Below are positions 46,030 through 55,685 of a DNA stretch of 64,000 nucleotides, piece by piece. The position numbers were made by a program, and so were the translations under genes. Under the pieces are notes generated by a model. The model saw only the letters and a list, made by a program, of their open reading frames with translations. It made no database searches and was not told the DNA's origin. Where the stretch lies: NCBI GenBank assembly GCA_029262115.1, contig JAJCZZ010000050.1, positions 1 through 64,000 of the forward strand, written 5' to 3'. Position 1 is the first letter of the stretch, and every line of letters begins with the position of its first letter. This stretch comes from Gemmatimonadota bacterium. GTDB lineage: Bacteria; Gemmatimonadota; Gemmatimonadetes; Longimicrobiales; Gaopeijiaceae.

Positions 46030-47285
46030 CACTTCCCTGGTGAATTGTTGGCGGGCGCGCCGGCGTCCTCGCTCACCTCGACCGGAAGGCGAATCGTGAA
46101 GAGCGCTCCACCCTCGGGATGGTTCGACGCACTCACGGAGCCGTCGTGATGGAGAACCGTCTGGCGGACGATCGCGAGCCCGAGGCCTGTACCCGTACGT
46201 TTCGTCGAGACCTCGGGATTCCAGATCTCCTTTTGGAGGTCCATGGGGATGCCGCTGCCGCCGTCCCGCACGCGCACCACGGCTTCGGCGCTTTCGGTGT
46301 CGACCCGGATGTCCACCCGGCGACTCGTGGCGTCCGAGGCTTTCGACGCTTCCACCGCGTTCACGACCAGGTTCCTCACCGCGCGCTCCAGCGCGTCGTA
46401 CTGCCCGAAGACCACCGCGCCGCCGTCCTCCACCGTCACGGACACGTTTTCCGATCCGTGTTGGTCTGCGAGCGCCCGGGCCAGTTCGCCGAGGTCGACC
46501 CGGGAGCGCGGGCCTTCGGGCATGCGACCGTAGCGAGCGAAGCTTCGAGCCATGCCGTCGAGTCGCGCGATCTCTTCGGTGAGAACCGCGGCCGCAGCCG
46601 CCTCCGCCCCTTTGGCATGCCGCCCGAGCGTTTCGGCCGCCAGCCGCATGGGTGTCAGAGGATTCTTCAACTCGTGGGCCACGCGTCGGGCGAGTTCGGT
46701 CCACGACCGCATCCGCGCGGCCTCCACGGCCCGCTCTCTCGCGACTGTTAGCTCAGCTGCCATCGAGCGCAGCGCCCCGCGTAGCATGCGCACCTCGGCG
46801 AGGTCCCGTTCCTCAGTGGGCGAAACCGAGGGCAGCGGTTCCCCCGAGGAGATGAGCGTGGTCCATCTCGCCAGCTCACGGATTGGCGCCCCGAAGCCTC
46901 GTGACAGCCAGCCGGCCGTGACCAAAGCCGTGCCGACCACGAGGACGCCGGTCAGGAGCGCGGCAATGGGTAGGAATGTCAGGAAGCGCTCCGCCACGAA
47001 CGCGTAGAGGCGTGAGAGCCGTACGGACTCGGACAGGGCCTCTCGGTGCGATCGCGCGGCCTGGCTCACCGCGGGATCGTCGAGGTCCGCCTCATCGAGG
47101 GCGTCGAGCAATTCGACGCCCGACTCGGCCACCGCGTCCCACGCGCCGAGCGTGCCCGAACGTGTGCCGATGCCCTGGAGGGTGAACAAGCCGACGAGGC
47201 CGGCCACGGTCACCGGCACGATCATCACGGCGAGGATCGCGAGGAAGATCCGGCCCTGGAAGCTGCGTAAGCGCGGTGTGGACAT
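46029..47285 (-). CDS. Sensor histidine kinase (2 TM, HAMP, HisKA, HATPase_c), NtrY-like
   Basis: HELKNPLT H-box; G-boxes GTGLGLAIV. Confidence 0.85.
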   Translation of the reverse strand: MSTPRLRSFQGRIFLAILAVMIVPVTVAGLVGLFTLQGIGTRSGTLGAWDAVAESGVELLDALDEADLDDPAVSQAARSHREALSESVRLSRLYAFVAERFLTFLPIAALLTGVLVVGTALVTAGWLSRGFGAPIRELARWTTLISSGEPLPSVSPTEERDLAEVRMLRGALRSMAAELTVARERAVEAARMRSWTELARRVAHELKNPLTPMRLAAETLGRHAKGAEAAAAAVLTEEIARLDGMARSFARYGRMPEGPRSRVDLGELARALADQHGSENVSVTVEDGGAVVFGQYDALERAVRNLVVNAVEASKASDATSRRVDIRVDTESAEAVVRVRDGGSGIPMDLQKEIWNPEVSTKRTGTGLGLAIVRQTVLHHDGSVSASNHPEGGALFTIRLPVEVSEDAGAPANNSPGK

Positions 47286-47360
47286 GGCGGTTGGGCGGAG
47301 GGACGATACGAGCTCGGACGAACCGGGGCTTCCACCGGAAGGTAGTGACCCGCCCGCGCC

Positions 47361-49109
47361 TCAGCCCGTCTTCCGTATGCACGCCGGACAGAATCTCCAG
47401 CCACGCTGAAGCCGTTCACCGCACGCGCAGCTCCGTGCGCGCCGCCGGCCGCAGTGAGGGCACCCTGCGGCGCCGGCCGGCACACCTCCGCCACATCCCG
47501 CGCACGCCACGGTCGCGCCTGGGTCGGTGTGCAGGACGCGGGCGATCTCGTGGGGCGTCGTGAGTCCCTCTGCCACGGCCCGGCGGGCGTCGTCGGTGAG
47601 GGTCGTCATCCCGGCCTCGAGTGACAGGCTCCGGATACGTGAGGTGCCGGCGCCGCGGGTGATCTCGTCGCGAACCTGGTCGGACAGGGCCAGCAGCTGG
47701 AAGATTCCCGTCCGGCCCCGATACCCCTCGTGACACTGATCGCATCCTCGGCCGCCGCACACCCCGCAAATCTTGCGGACGAGGCGTTGGGCGATGACGC
47801 CCGTCACCCCGCCCGCCACAAGGAAGGGCGGGACGCCCATGTCCACGAGGCGACTGATCGCGCCGGGGGCGTCGGTCGTGTGGAGGGTCGACAGGACCAG
47901 ATGGCCGGTTACCGCGGCCGCCATGGCGATCTCGGCGGTTTCCCGATCACGGATCTCTCCGACCATGACCACGTCGGGGTCTTGACGCAGCACCGCGCGC
48001 AGGGCGTCCGCGAAGCTCAGACCCGCCCGGCGGTCGACCTGAACCTGGTTCGCACCGGCCAGTCGGTACTCCACCGGGTCTTCGAGGGTGACCACGTTCA
48101 GGCGGTCGCGGTCGAGTTCCGTCAGTGCCGCGAACAGGGTGGTGCTCTTCCCGCTTCCGGTCGGTCCGGTCGCCAGGACCACTCCCTCCCGCGCTCGGAG
48201 GAGCGTACGCATGCGCTGCGTGTCCGTATCCGACAGTCCGAGGGTGTCCATACCGCCGGGCGACGCGTCCGGATCGAGGATCCGCACGACGGCCTTCTCC
48301 CCGCCGTTCACCGGGAGCGTCGAGACGCGGAGCATCAGCGACCGGTCGCGGTGCGCGAACGTGAGGCGACCGTCCTGGGCACGCCGGCGCACGGAGATGT
48401 CCATCCCGGCCATGACCTTGATGCGAGAGAGCACGGCCCGCCGGGCGGCGGCCGGGATATCCACGGCGGGCCGGAGGACCCCGTCGATCCGAAATCGGAC
48501 CCGAACGTCTTCGCCGGTCTCTTCCACATGGATATCGCTGGCCCCCGAGTCCGCGGCTTCGCGGAGGACGCGGTCGACCAGCCGCACGACGGGAGCCGAG
48601 CGCGTCGCACGCTCGAGCTCGTCGGAACTGGCCGCGCCCGCCTTCAACTCGGTCGGGAGCGCATCCACCAGACGTTCGAGGTCGCCGCCGTACGCCCGCT
48701 CGATGGCGTCCTCGATCCCGGTTCGCGTCGATACCACCAAGTCAACCCTTCGGCCTGTGAGGAAGCGGAGGTCGTCCGCCGTGGAGAGGTCGAGCGGATC
48801 GGATACCGCCACCCGGATCGCCCGCCCCTCGACATCGAGCGGGGCGACGCCCCGGCTTCGAGCGACTTCGCCAGGGATCAGCTCGACTGCCGCCTGTGTG
48901 GGTCTCAGCGGAGGCGCCACCCATGGAAGTCCGACCTGCCGACTCAGGGACACTCCGACGTCTACCTCGGACGCGACTCCCTTGCTGACCAGGAGCTGGC
49001 CCAGGCGAAGCCCCGTACCGTGCTGGTCCTCCAGCGCCCGTTCGAGCTGTTCCGCCGACACGGCCCCGGCCTCATGGAGGAGGGCCCCGAGAATCTTGGG
49101 TCGTACCAT
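47361..49109 (-). CDS. GspE/PilB-family secretion ATPase with N-terminal T2SSE_N (MshEN-like) domain and an extra C-terminal Cys-rich (double zinc-ribbon-like) extension
   Basis: Walker A GPTGSGKST; canonical CGVCGGRGCDQC tetracysteine; N-terminal RLGQLLVSKGVASEVDVGVSLSRQ fits the c-di-GMP-binding MshEN motif; C-terminal tail CAGCGGG..CPHCGRRRARSCACGERLQRGWRFCPAC. Confidence 0.85.
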   Translation of the reverse strand: MVRPKILGALLHEAGAVSAEQLERALEDQHGTGLRLGQLLVSKGVASEVDVGVSLSRQVGLPWVAPPLRPTQAAVELIPGEVARSRGVAPLDVEGRAIRVAVSDPLDLSTADDLRFLTGRRVDLVVSTRTGIEDAIERAYGGDLERLVDALPTELKAGAASSDELERATRSAPVVRLVDRVLREAADSGASDIHVEETGEDVRVRFRIDGVLRPAVDIPAAARRAVLSRIKVMAGMDISVRRRAQDGRLTFAHRDRSLMLRVSTLPVNGGEKAVVRILDPDASPGGMDTLGLSDTDTQRMRTLLRAREGVVLATGPTGSGKSTTLFAALTELDRDRLNVVTLEDPVEYRLAGANQVQVDRRAGLSFADALRAVLRQDPDVVMVGEIRDRETAEIAMAAAVTGHLVLSTLHTTDAPGAISRLVDMGVPPFLVAGGVTGVIAQRLVRKICGVCGGRGCDQCHEGYRGRTGIFQLLALSDQVRDEITRGAGTSRIRSLSLEAGMTTLTDDARRAVAEGLTTPHEIARVLHTDPGATVACAGCGGGVPAGAAGCPHCGRRRARSCACGERLQRGWRFCPACIRKTG

Positions 49110-49171
49110 GCCACAAGGGTGCCGCGAACGCAGGGGCGCCCGGATGGCGCGGCGGGACGCCCGATGACGAA

Positions 49172-50293
49172 CTACCGCCGCTCTTCCGTTCTCGGGACCT
49201 CCAGGATCTGTAACACCACGTCCGTCACATCCATCAAGGAGCGAAGGCAATCAGCAATACCGTCCGCTCCCTTCCCGACCACCACCCCGAGCGCCGGATT
49301 CCGTGTATGCCCTGTCCGGACGTCCTCGATGTTGCCGTGGTCGCTTACCAGCATAAGGGTGTGGGCCACCGGAAGGCGTTCGACAACACCCGACAGGAAG
49401 CGGTCGACCCGCTCGAGAGCGGACACGGCCGGCGCCATCGACTTGCGGTGTCCCGCCGTGTCGGTAGCGTAATGCGCGTAAAGCGTGAGGTCGTACCCGG
49501 CCGAGACGGCGGCCAGGTTCCGTCCGGCGTCCTCCGCCGAGATGGCGGGCAGGGTCGCGTGGCCCAGATGGTGGATCCAACCGTCGTTGACGATCTCGCT
49601 GGAAACGGCCTCTCCGACGGCCAGGGCCTCTTCGTGCCGGTCCAGCACACCGGCGCCGCGTGCCGCCAGCGGTGGGCCCGCCACGCGCCGGCGGGCGCGC
49701 TCCCCCGGCCATCCCTTTGGATAGGCGTTGGCGAAGGCCACGGTACGGCCGGCGTCGAGTGCTCGACGTAGAACGCTCTCCGTTTCGACTAGAGGCCTCA
49801 ACGCCACGGGCGTCCATGGTCCGAAGTGCCCACCGAAGAGCTGCGCGGCGTTCGCCCCCGTCAGGAGGGCGACTTGCCCGGTCCCACTCTGGGGCGTGCC
49901 GGCGACATCGAGCCTGGCATCCATGAATGCCACCGCGCGCTGGCCGCCGCGGAACGGACGGGCGTCGCGGTCGGGAATCCCGCCCATGATCGAAGTCAGC
50001 ACCGGAAGGCGGGCGTGATGGAACGGGTTGTGGGCCGGGTCCTCGCCCCCGACGCCGACGCCGTCGAGGAACAGGAGAAGAAGCTGTGGGCGGGCGCCGT
50101 CGTCCCGACGGGTGCGGCTTGGAGCGCCGACAGCACGCTCTGCCGCCGCGATTTGGCGCGTAGAGGCTTCCGACTTTGCGACTTCGTGGCCAGAGGCCTC
50201 CGACCATGCGACTCGGCGGGCGTGGACGCCCGCCGGCGCAAACTCGCTGGCGTGGACGCTCGCCGACGCAGCCGCGCGGTCGCCGCCGCCCAC
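49172..50293 (-). CDS. Alkaline-phosphatase-superfamily metalloenzyme (cofactor-independent phosphoglycerate mutase / phosphopentomutase-like); N-terminal extent uncertain
   Basis: ..LLLLFLDGVGVGG.., ..MLVSDHGN.. motifs. Confidence 0.6.
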   Translation of the reverse strand: MGGGDRAAASASVHASEFAPAGVHARRVAWSEASGHEVAKSEASTRQIAAAERAVGAPSRTRRDDGARPQLLLLFLDGVGVGGEDPAHNPFHHARLPVLTSIMGGIPDRDARPFRGGQRAVAFMDARLDVAGTPQSGTGQVALLTGANAAQLFGGHFGPWTPVALRPLVETESVLRRALDAGRTVAFANAYPKGWPGERARRRVAGPPLAARGAGVLDRHEEALAVGEAVSSEIVNDGWIHHLGHATLPAISAEDAGRNLAAVSAGYDLTLYAHYATDTAGHRKSMAPAVSALERVDRFLSGVVERLPVAHTLMLVSDHGNIEDVRTGHTRNPALGVVVGKGADGIADCLRSLMDVTDVVLQILEVPRTEERR

Positions 50294-50504
50294 TACCTCG
50301 ACGATCGTCCGCCGAAGAAGATGCGGATTATTTGGTCACCACGGTCCTGCGGTTGGGGCGGCCCCGGCTGTAACGCATTGAGGAGGATCGAATCGGGTCG
50401 GAGGAGATCGATGACCATCAACACGACGACGAGGGTGATCGCCACGATGACCAGGCCTTCAGCGCCCCGCCGCCGCCTCAACTGCGTTCCATGGTCCGAT
50501 GCCG

Positions 50505-51065
50505 CTACTCGGCCGGGCGCAGGTCGACCGTGACCTGTGCCTGCACGGCGCCCATGTCGGCACGCTCGCGGATGCTCTCCCTGATCCTCGGCTCCAGCTT
50601 CTGGTAGGCCGACAGGACGCCTGCGCGGAGTTCCTTGCGAAGGACCTTCAGCGCGTTGACGTCCGGGCGACTCGTCTTGGTTTCCTTCTTCGCGTCCGCC
50701 ACATCGGACGCGTAGATCTCGAACGGGGCCACCCCGATGTCGTCGGGACGGGCGTGGTCGAGATACTGGATGGAAACGCTGACATCTCCGCGAGCGTGGT
50801 GGTGATGAATGTCTCCCACGGCCTGGAAACGGGCCGCTAGACGGCCGAGTTCAGCACGACCGGCTGCCTTCACGTAGGCACGCTCCACTGCCTGGAACAC
50901 GCGCTTGGCGCGCTCGGGGTTCGTCGCGTCCAGGTCCGGAAGGTTGGAAATGAGTTCCCTGCCCATGGCCTGGCGATCGACGCTGAACTGGGCACTCTCG
51001 GCGTCGCGATTCCTCGCGCGATCGATCCCCTCGAGGATGCGATCAGGGTTGGTTCGAAAGCTCAT
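50505..51065 (-). CDS. Hypothetical protein (186 aa)
   Basis: ORF with reasonable composition. No family recognised. Confidence 0.4.
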   Translation of the reverse strand: MSFRTNPDRILEGIDRARNRDAESAQFSVDRQAMGRELISNLPDLDATNPERAKRVFQAVERAYVKAAGRAELGRLAARFQAVGDIHHHHARGDVSVSIQYLDHARPDDIGVAPFEIYASDVADAKKETKTSRPDVNALKVLRKELRAGVLSAYQKLEPRIRESIRERADMGAVQAQVTVDLRPAE

Positions 51066-51234
51066 CTATTTGGCTCCAACAATCTGTTGTTCAAGACAGC
51101 GACGATGGGTGCCACGCGACGCGCGCGGAAGGCCCCGAACAAGCCGCCTGAAAGGAACGTATTGGAGGGAGCTTCCGACTACATAGGCGGACCCCCTCCC
51201 CGGTCCCCTGAGTAATGCAAGTCCCGGTCCGTTT

Positions 51235-52109
51235 TTGGTTTCGCCTAACTCGTTGGAGTATTGGATGATGCGTGATTGCGCAGTGGTGGTGGTTTTATCC
51301 TTTTCGGCCATAGCCTGTGGAGGCGGCGGTGCCGCCGGCACCGCACGGCCCGTCGGCGTCGGGTACGGTGTCCCTACCCTCGCGGCGGTGTCGTACGTCG
51401 TCGGTGACACCACGCGGATGGACATCGACGCGGGTGGTCAGGCTCTGCAGGCCGCGTTGCCAAGTCGGGAACGTTCGGCGCGACGTTTGCGAGCCAGGGA
51501 GACGGCGTGCGCGTGAGCCTCTCCTTCGACGAGTTCTCCGGGCGCGTCACGCAGCCGCTCGGCCCGGCTCAGACCACCGATCAGTCCGATATCGAGGGTC
51601 CCTTGGTCTTCACGCTCGACCGGCGTGGTTTGGCGACGCTCGTCCGCGAACCGGAGCTCAGCGGAGCCGCCTCACAACTGGTCGAGCCGCTCGGACTCGC
51701 CCACACCTTCTTCCCGCGGGTGCCGGGTGGCGGGGTCACGGCCGGCCACTCGTGGGTCGACACAATCCGATATCAGGGAACGACAGGTGGTGACCAGGAG
51801 GTTTCGTCCGTGTCGATTCTCACCTACACCGTTCAGGGCGATACCCTGGTCGCCGGAACCCGCCTCTTGCGAATGACGAGCGAAGGCACGACCGAGCAGA
51901 CGTCTCGCGGCAACATCGCCGGTCAGAGCTTCCAGCAGTCCGCCAAGGGCGACATGGAAGGCTGGTATCTGTGGGACCGGCAGCGTGGATTGGTGGCAGC
52001 ATCGAGGATGGATTCCGACCTGCGCGGAACCATGACCGTGGCTGCCGCTCCCTTCCCGCTCGGTCTCCGTTTGCGAGCCCGGACGCAGACGCGTCTCAAG
52101 GAAATGTAG
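51235..52109 (+). pseudogene. Lipoprotein; reading through requires one frameshift near 51460
   Basis: Lipobox VVVLSFSAIACGGGG. Frame-1 ORF 51235-51516 and frame-3 ORF 51507-52109 join as ..DAGGQALQAA / VAKSGTFGATFASQGDGVRVSLSFDEF.. Confidence 0.4.
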
Positions 52110-52129
52110 GACGGGCGCTCCGCCCGGCG

Positions 52130-55100
52130 TCAGTTTCCGACGCCGGGCAGACCCACGGGCTCGCGGTCCCACCACCACAAAGGTTCGATCGGACGCTGTC
52201 GCGGCCAGATTTCCGTGAGGGAATCTCCCTCGTACAAACGCCCGTTCATCATGACGCGGTGGACGGTATTCGTGTTCCGGATATTCTCGAGGGGATTTCG
52301 GTCGAGAACCACCAGGTCCGCGAGCTTGCCCACCTCCAGACTACCGAGGTCGTTTTCGAGACCGATGGCCTCGGCTCCGTAGAGGGTGGCCACCCGGAGC
52401 GCGTCGTGGTTGGACAGTCCGCCCGACGCCACGGACCACAACTCCCAGTGGTATCCCAGGCCCTGAAGCTGTCCGTGGCTTCCCACGCCAGCCTTGCCGC
52501 CGGCCTCCACTAGCTCCGCCAGGAAGCGGGCGTGGTCCTGGAACACATGCTCCTCGTCCATGAACCAGCCGGCCGGCCCCGGCGAGGGGCCGCCCCCCCG
52601 CCGTCGCGTGGCCGCGTCCACTTCGGAGTGCGGCATGAAGCGTCGTAGCTTTGCGTCGTCGTGCGGCGCTTCCGTCGCGGAGTAGTAGTTCTCCGCCCAG
52701 GGACCGCCGTACGACACCAGCAGGGTGGGGGTGTAAACACGGCCGGACGCTACGAACAGGGCCGTCAGGTCGTCGTAGATGGGGTAGATCGGGAGTGAGT
52801 GCTCGAGGCCGGGGTACCCGTCGATGGTCTCCGTCAGGTTCTGCTTGATGTTCAGCGAACCCTCGGTGGTCGGCATGATCCGCTGCTCTCGGGCCGCCTG
52901 AATGATCCACTGTCTCTGCTCGCGATTCCCTGCCACGTACATCTTCAGCGTCTTCGTGTCGAAGTACTCGCTGTACCGGCGCATGATGTCCCGCGCGTGG
53001 TCGAGGTCCTTCACGTTTTCCTGCCAGAACACGCCCGGCCCGGTCGAGTAGATGCGGGGTCCCGTGATACGGCCGGCCCTGACCATATCGGCGTATGTCA
53101 GGACGTCCGTACGGGCTGTCTGGGGATCCCGCGTCGTGGTCACGCCGTACGCGAGGTTCGCGAGGTATATCCACTGGTCGGGCCGGTGCGCCCCCCACGC
53201 CGGCCACATGTGCGCGTGGGTGTCCACGAAGCCGGGCACGATGGTCTTGCCTGCCACGTCGATGACTTCGGCGCCGCCCGGCACGGTCACGCCTCCGGTC
53301 GGGCCGACCGCGGCGATGCGATTGTTGCGCACGACGACGTCGCCGCGCTCGATGACCTCGTCGCCGTTCATTGTCACGATGCGCGCCCCGGTGAGAACGA
53401 CGACCCCTTCCGGCGTGTCTCGACCGGCCTGGATGTCGAACCGAACTTCTTCGGGGCGATACCGCTCCTCGTCGTCGTCCTCGTCGTCGCCGTTTCCGGC
53501 TTCGTCCTCCTCGTCTTCCTCGTCCGCGCCCTCGTCCTCGTCGCCCGAGGCACGCTCGACCGCTTCCACGCTGTCGGCCCACGCCTGTGCGGCGTCGAGG
53601 TCGTAGGAGAAGAGAGCGTTACCCATTCCGAAGTGGACCGTACGCCCGTCCTCGCTCCACGACGGGAACTCGCCGCCCATGTCGGTGAGCCGTCGAGCCG
53701 GGAACTGAGCGTCGTCGGGGTTTGCCACCGAGATCGTGGGCGTTTCCCCTCCCACTCGCGGAACCGTGACCGTGAAGAGCTGGCCGTTGACGTCGGCCAC
53801 AGCCTGGTCGCCGCTGGGAGCCATGAGGATCATGGAGGCGTTCATCGGCTGGCTCGAGCCCCGCGGGGTGGCACCGCGCACCTTCACGTGTTCCTTCTGG
53901 TCGGTGCCGTCCCAGCGGATCGAGATCAGTCCGTCACCTCCCGCGTACATGAAGATCCGATCGGGGTCGGTGGTGAAGTGCGGTCGCGCCCGACCCTCGA
54001 GCGGGGTGATGCTCGTGGCCTCACCGCCACCGGCCGGGACCCAGACGAGTTCACTCACCGCAGCCAGCGCACCACCCGGACCGGTCGACTCGGTGAAGTC
54101 GCGCGCAGCGCCGCGGACGGCGACCACCCGGCTTCCGTCGGGTGACCAGGCGGGCGTGAGCCAGACCCCCGTGGTTTCGCGAGAGAGCCGAACGGGATCG
54201 CCTCCGCCCGCCGGGATCTTCCACAGGCCGCCCTGGCCGTTGTCCCACGTGGTGTACGCCAGCCACCGACCGTCCGGAGACCAGGTCGGGTAGGCGACCG
54301 TCGCGTTCCCCGGCAGCCTCGTATCGAGTGGACGGATATCGCGACCGTCGAGGCTGGCCGTGTAGAGTCGATCGAGCGCTGTGAAGGCCACCCGCCGGCC
54401 GTCCGGCGCGGCCATGGGGTCGCGGATCTGGCGGACCGTGAAGGTCGGGGTGTCCTCGACCGGATAGTCGAAGGAGACCTCGGGGCCGATGGCCAGATCG
54501 AAGCGCACCCGGAACGGGATCTCGCGGGCGGTTCCACCATCAACCGGAACCCGCCAGATCCGCCCACCGTACGAGGCCACCACTGCGGAGCCATCGGGCG
54601 TGAAGGACATCCCCGGCAGCACGTCGAGAGTGCCCCGGGACTCCTGGTCGTCGTGCTGGACCGGGTAGGCGAGCCAGCGCTCTTCACCGCTCGTCAGGTC
54701 ACGAAGGATGAGCCCCGTCTCGTCCTCGTGGCGCGTGCCGTAGACCAGACGCTGCCCGTCGGGCGACAGGGTCGGCCGGAAGCCACCCCCGTACCGGGTG
54801 GTCCGCCTGTACGTCTTTCCCGTCTCCCGGTCGTATACCGCGAGCTGGTAGCCGGGAAGTTGAGCATTGTAATCCCAGTCTCTCGCGACGGTGCGCACCG
54901 CGTACCACACACGCAGCCCGTCCGGCTCGAACGCGGCGCCCAGCATCTTCCGGCGGTTGTCGTCGCCCGAAAGGAACGAGACGCCCGAGCCGCCGTCCAC
55001 GTGGAAGAGGCGCAAGGTGGGCTGGTCGGACCCGCGGAAGTCGCCCATCGACGCCACGACGTACTCTCCGTCGGGCGCCCACTCCGGGCTCTCCGCACGG

Positions 55101-55507
55101 TTGGCTCCGCCTTTGGAAATCTGGACCGTGTCCGACCCGTCCAGAGCCATGACCCAGATGTTCTGTCCACCGTCACGGTCGGAGGTGAAGACGATGCGTG
55201 AGCCGTCCGGGCTGAACCGGGGCTGCGCGTCGAAGGCCATTCCCGAGGTGAGCTGGCGCGCATCTCCCCCGGAAATCGGCATCGTGAAGAGATCGCCCAG
55301 ATAGTCGAACACGAGCGTGCGCCCGTCCGGGCTGACGTCGACGCTGATCCAGGTCCCTTCCCGCAGGTCGATCGAGACGGAGCGATTGTCGGCGTTGCCC
55401 TCCAGCGGGAGGCCCTCGTCGTCGCCCTGTTGGGCCTGGAGCGGCGTTGCAAAGAGGAGTACGGCCGACAGGATGGCCGTCATGCGCAAGGTGTGGTTCG
55501 TCTTCAT
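52130..55507 (-). CDS. Large secreted protein: TolB/PD40-type beta-propeller repeats, acidic linker, C-terminal amidohydrolase domain
   Basis: Signal peptide at internal MKTNHTLRMTAILSAVLLFATPLQAQQ; repeated ..SPDG..LVF.. PD40 blades; DEDEGADEEDEEDE linker; amidohydrolase ..PGFVDTHAHMWP... Confidence 0.85.
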   Translation of the reverse strand: MKTNHTLRMTAILSAVLLFATPLQAQQGDDEGLPLEGNADNRSVSIDLREGTWISVDVSPDGRTLVFDYLGDLFTMPISGGDARQLTSGMAFDAQPRFSPDGSRIVFTSDRDGGQNIWVMALDGSDTVQISKGGANRAESPEWAPDGEYVVASMGDFRGSDQPTLRLFHVDGGSGVSFLSGDDNRRKMLGAAFEPDGLRVWYAVRTVARDWDYNAQLPGYQLAVYDRETGKTYRRTTRYGGGFRPTLSPDGQRLVYGTRHEDETGLILRDLTSGEERWLAYPVQHDDQESRGTLDVLPGMSFTPDGSAVVASYGGRIWRVPVDGGTAREIPFRVRFDLAIGPEVSFDYPVEDTPTFTVRQIRDPMAAPDGRRVAFTALDRLYTASLDGRDIRPLDTRLPGNATVAYPTWSPDGRWLAYTTWDNGQGGLWKIPAGGGDPVRLSRETTGVWLTPAWSPDGSRVVAVRGAARDFTESTGPGGALAAVSELVWVPAGGGEATSITPLEGRARPHFTTDPDRIFMYAGGDGLISIRWDGTDQKEHVKVRGATPRGSSQPMNASMILMAPSGDQAVADVNGQLFTVTVPRVGGETPTISVANPDDAQFPARRLTDMGGEFPSWSEDGRTVHFGMGNALFSYDLDAAQAWADSVEAVERASGDEDEGADEEDEEDEAGNGDDEDDDEERYRPEEVRFDIQAGRDTPEGVVVLTGARIVTMNGDEVIERGDVVVRNNRIAAVGPTGGVTVPGGAEVIDVAGKTIVPGFVDTHAHMWPAWGAHRPDQWIYLANLAYGVTTTRDPQTARTDVLTYADMVRAGRITGPRIYSTGPGVFWQENVKDLDHARDIMRRYSEYFDTKTLKMYVAGNREQRQWIIQAAREQRIMPTTEGSLNIKQNLTETIDGYPGLEHSLPIYPIYDDLTALFVASGRVYTPTLLVSYGGPWAENYYSATEAPHDDAKLRRFMPHSEVDAATRRRGGGPSPGPAGWFMDEEHVFQDHARFLAELVEAGGKAGVGSHGQLQGLGYHWELWSVASGGLSNHDALRVATLYGAEAIGLENDLGSLEVGKLADLVVLDRNPLENIRNTNTVHRVMMNGRLYEGDSLTEIWPRQRPIEPLWWWDREPVGLPGVGN

Positions 55508-55685
55508 CGTCGTCGTCCCGGTCCGATTCACGTATGTCCTTGCTCCGTCGCCAGGAGCGGTCGCGGATGGCCGCGCTGCGCCAATATTCGCCGCCGTCAG
55601 CCCGGGCGCAAAACCTCGTGCGGTGTTTCGAGACCTCCCGAATGGCCGAGACCCACTTGAAGGAACGTGGGGCGGCGACGTAGAA

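Noticed and set aside
51095-51120. Sigma54-like TGGCAC...GC motif on the minus strand upstream of 50505-51065
   Set aside because: The spacing between GG and GC is one nucleotide too long and the -12 element is poor.
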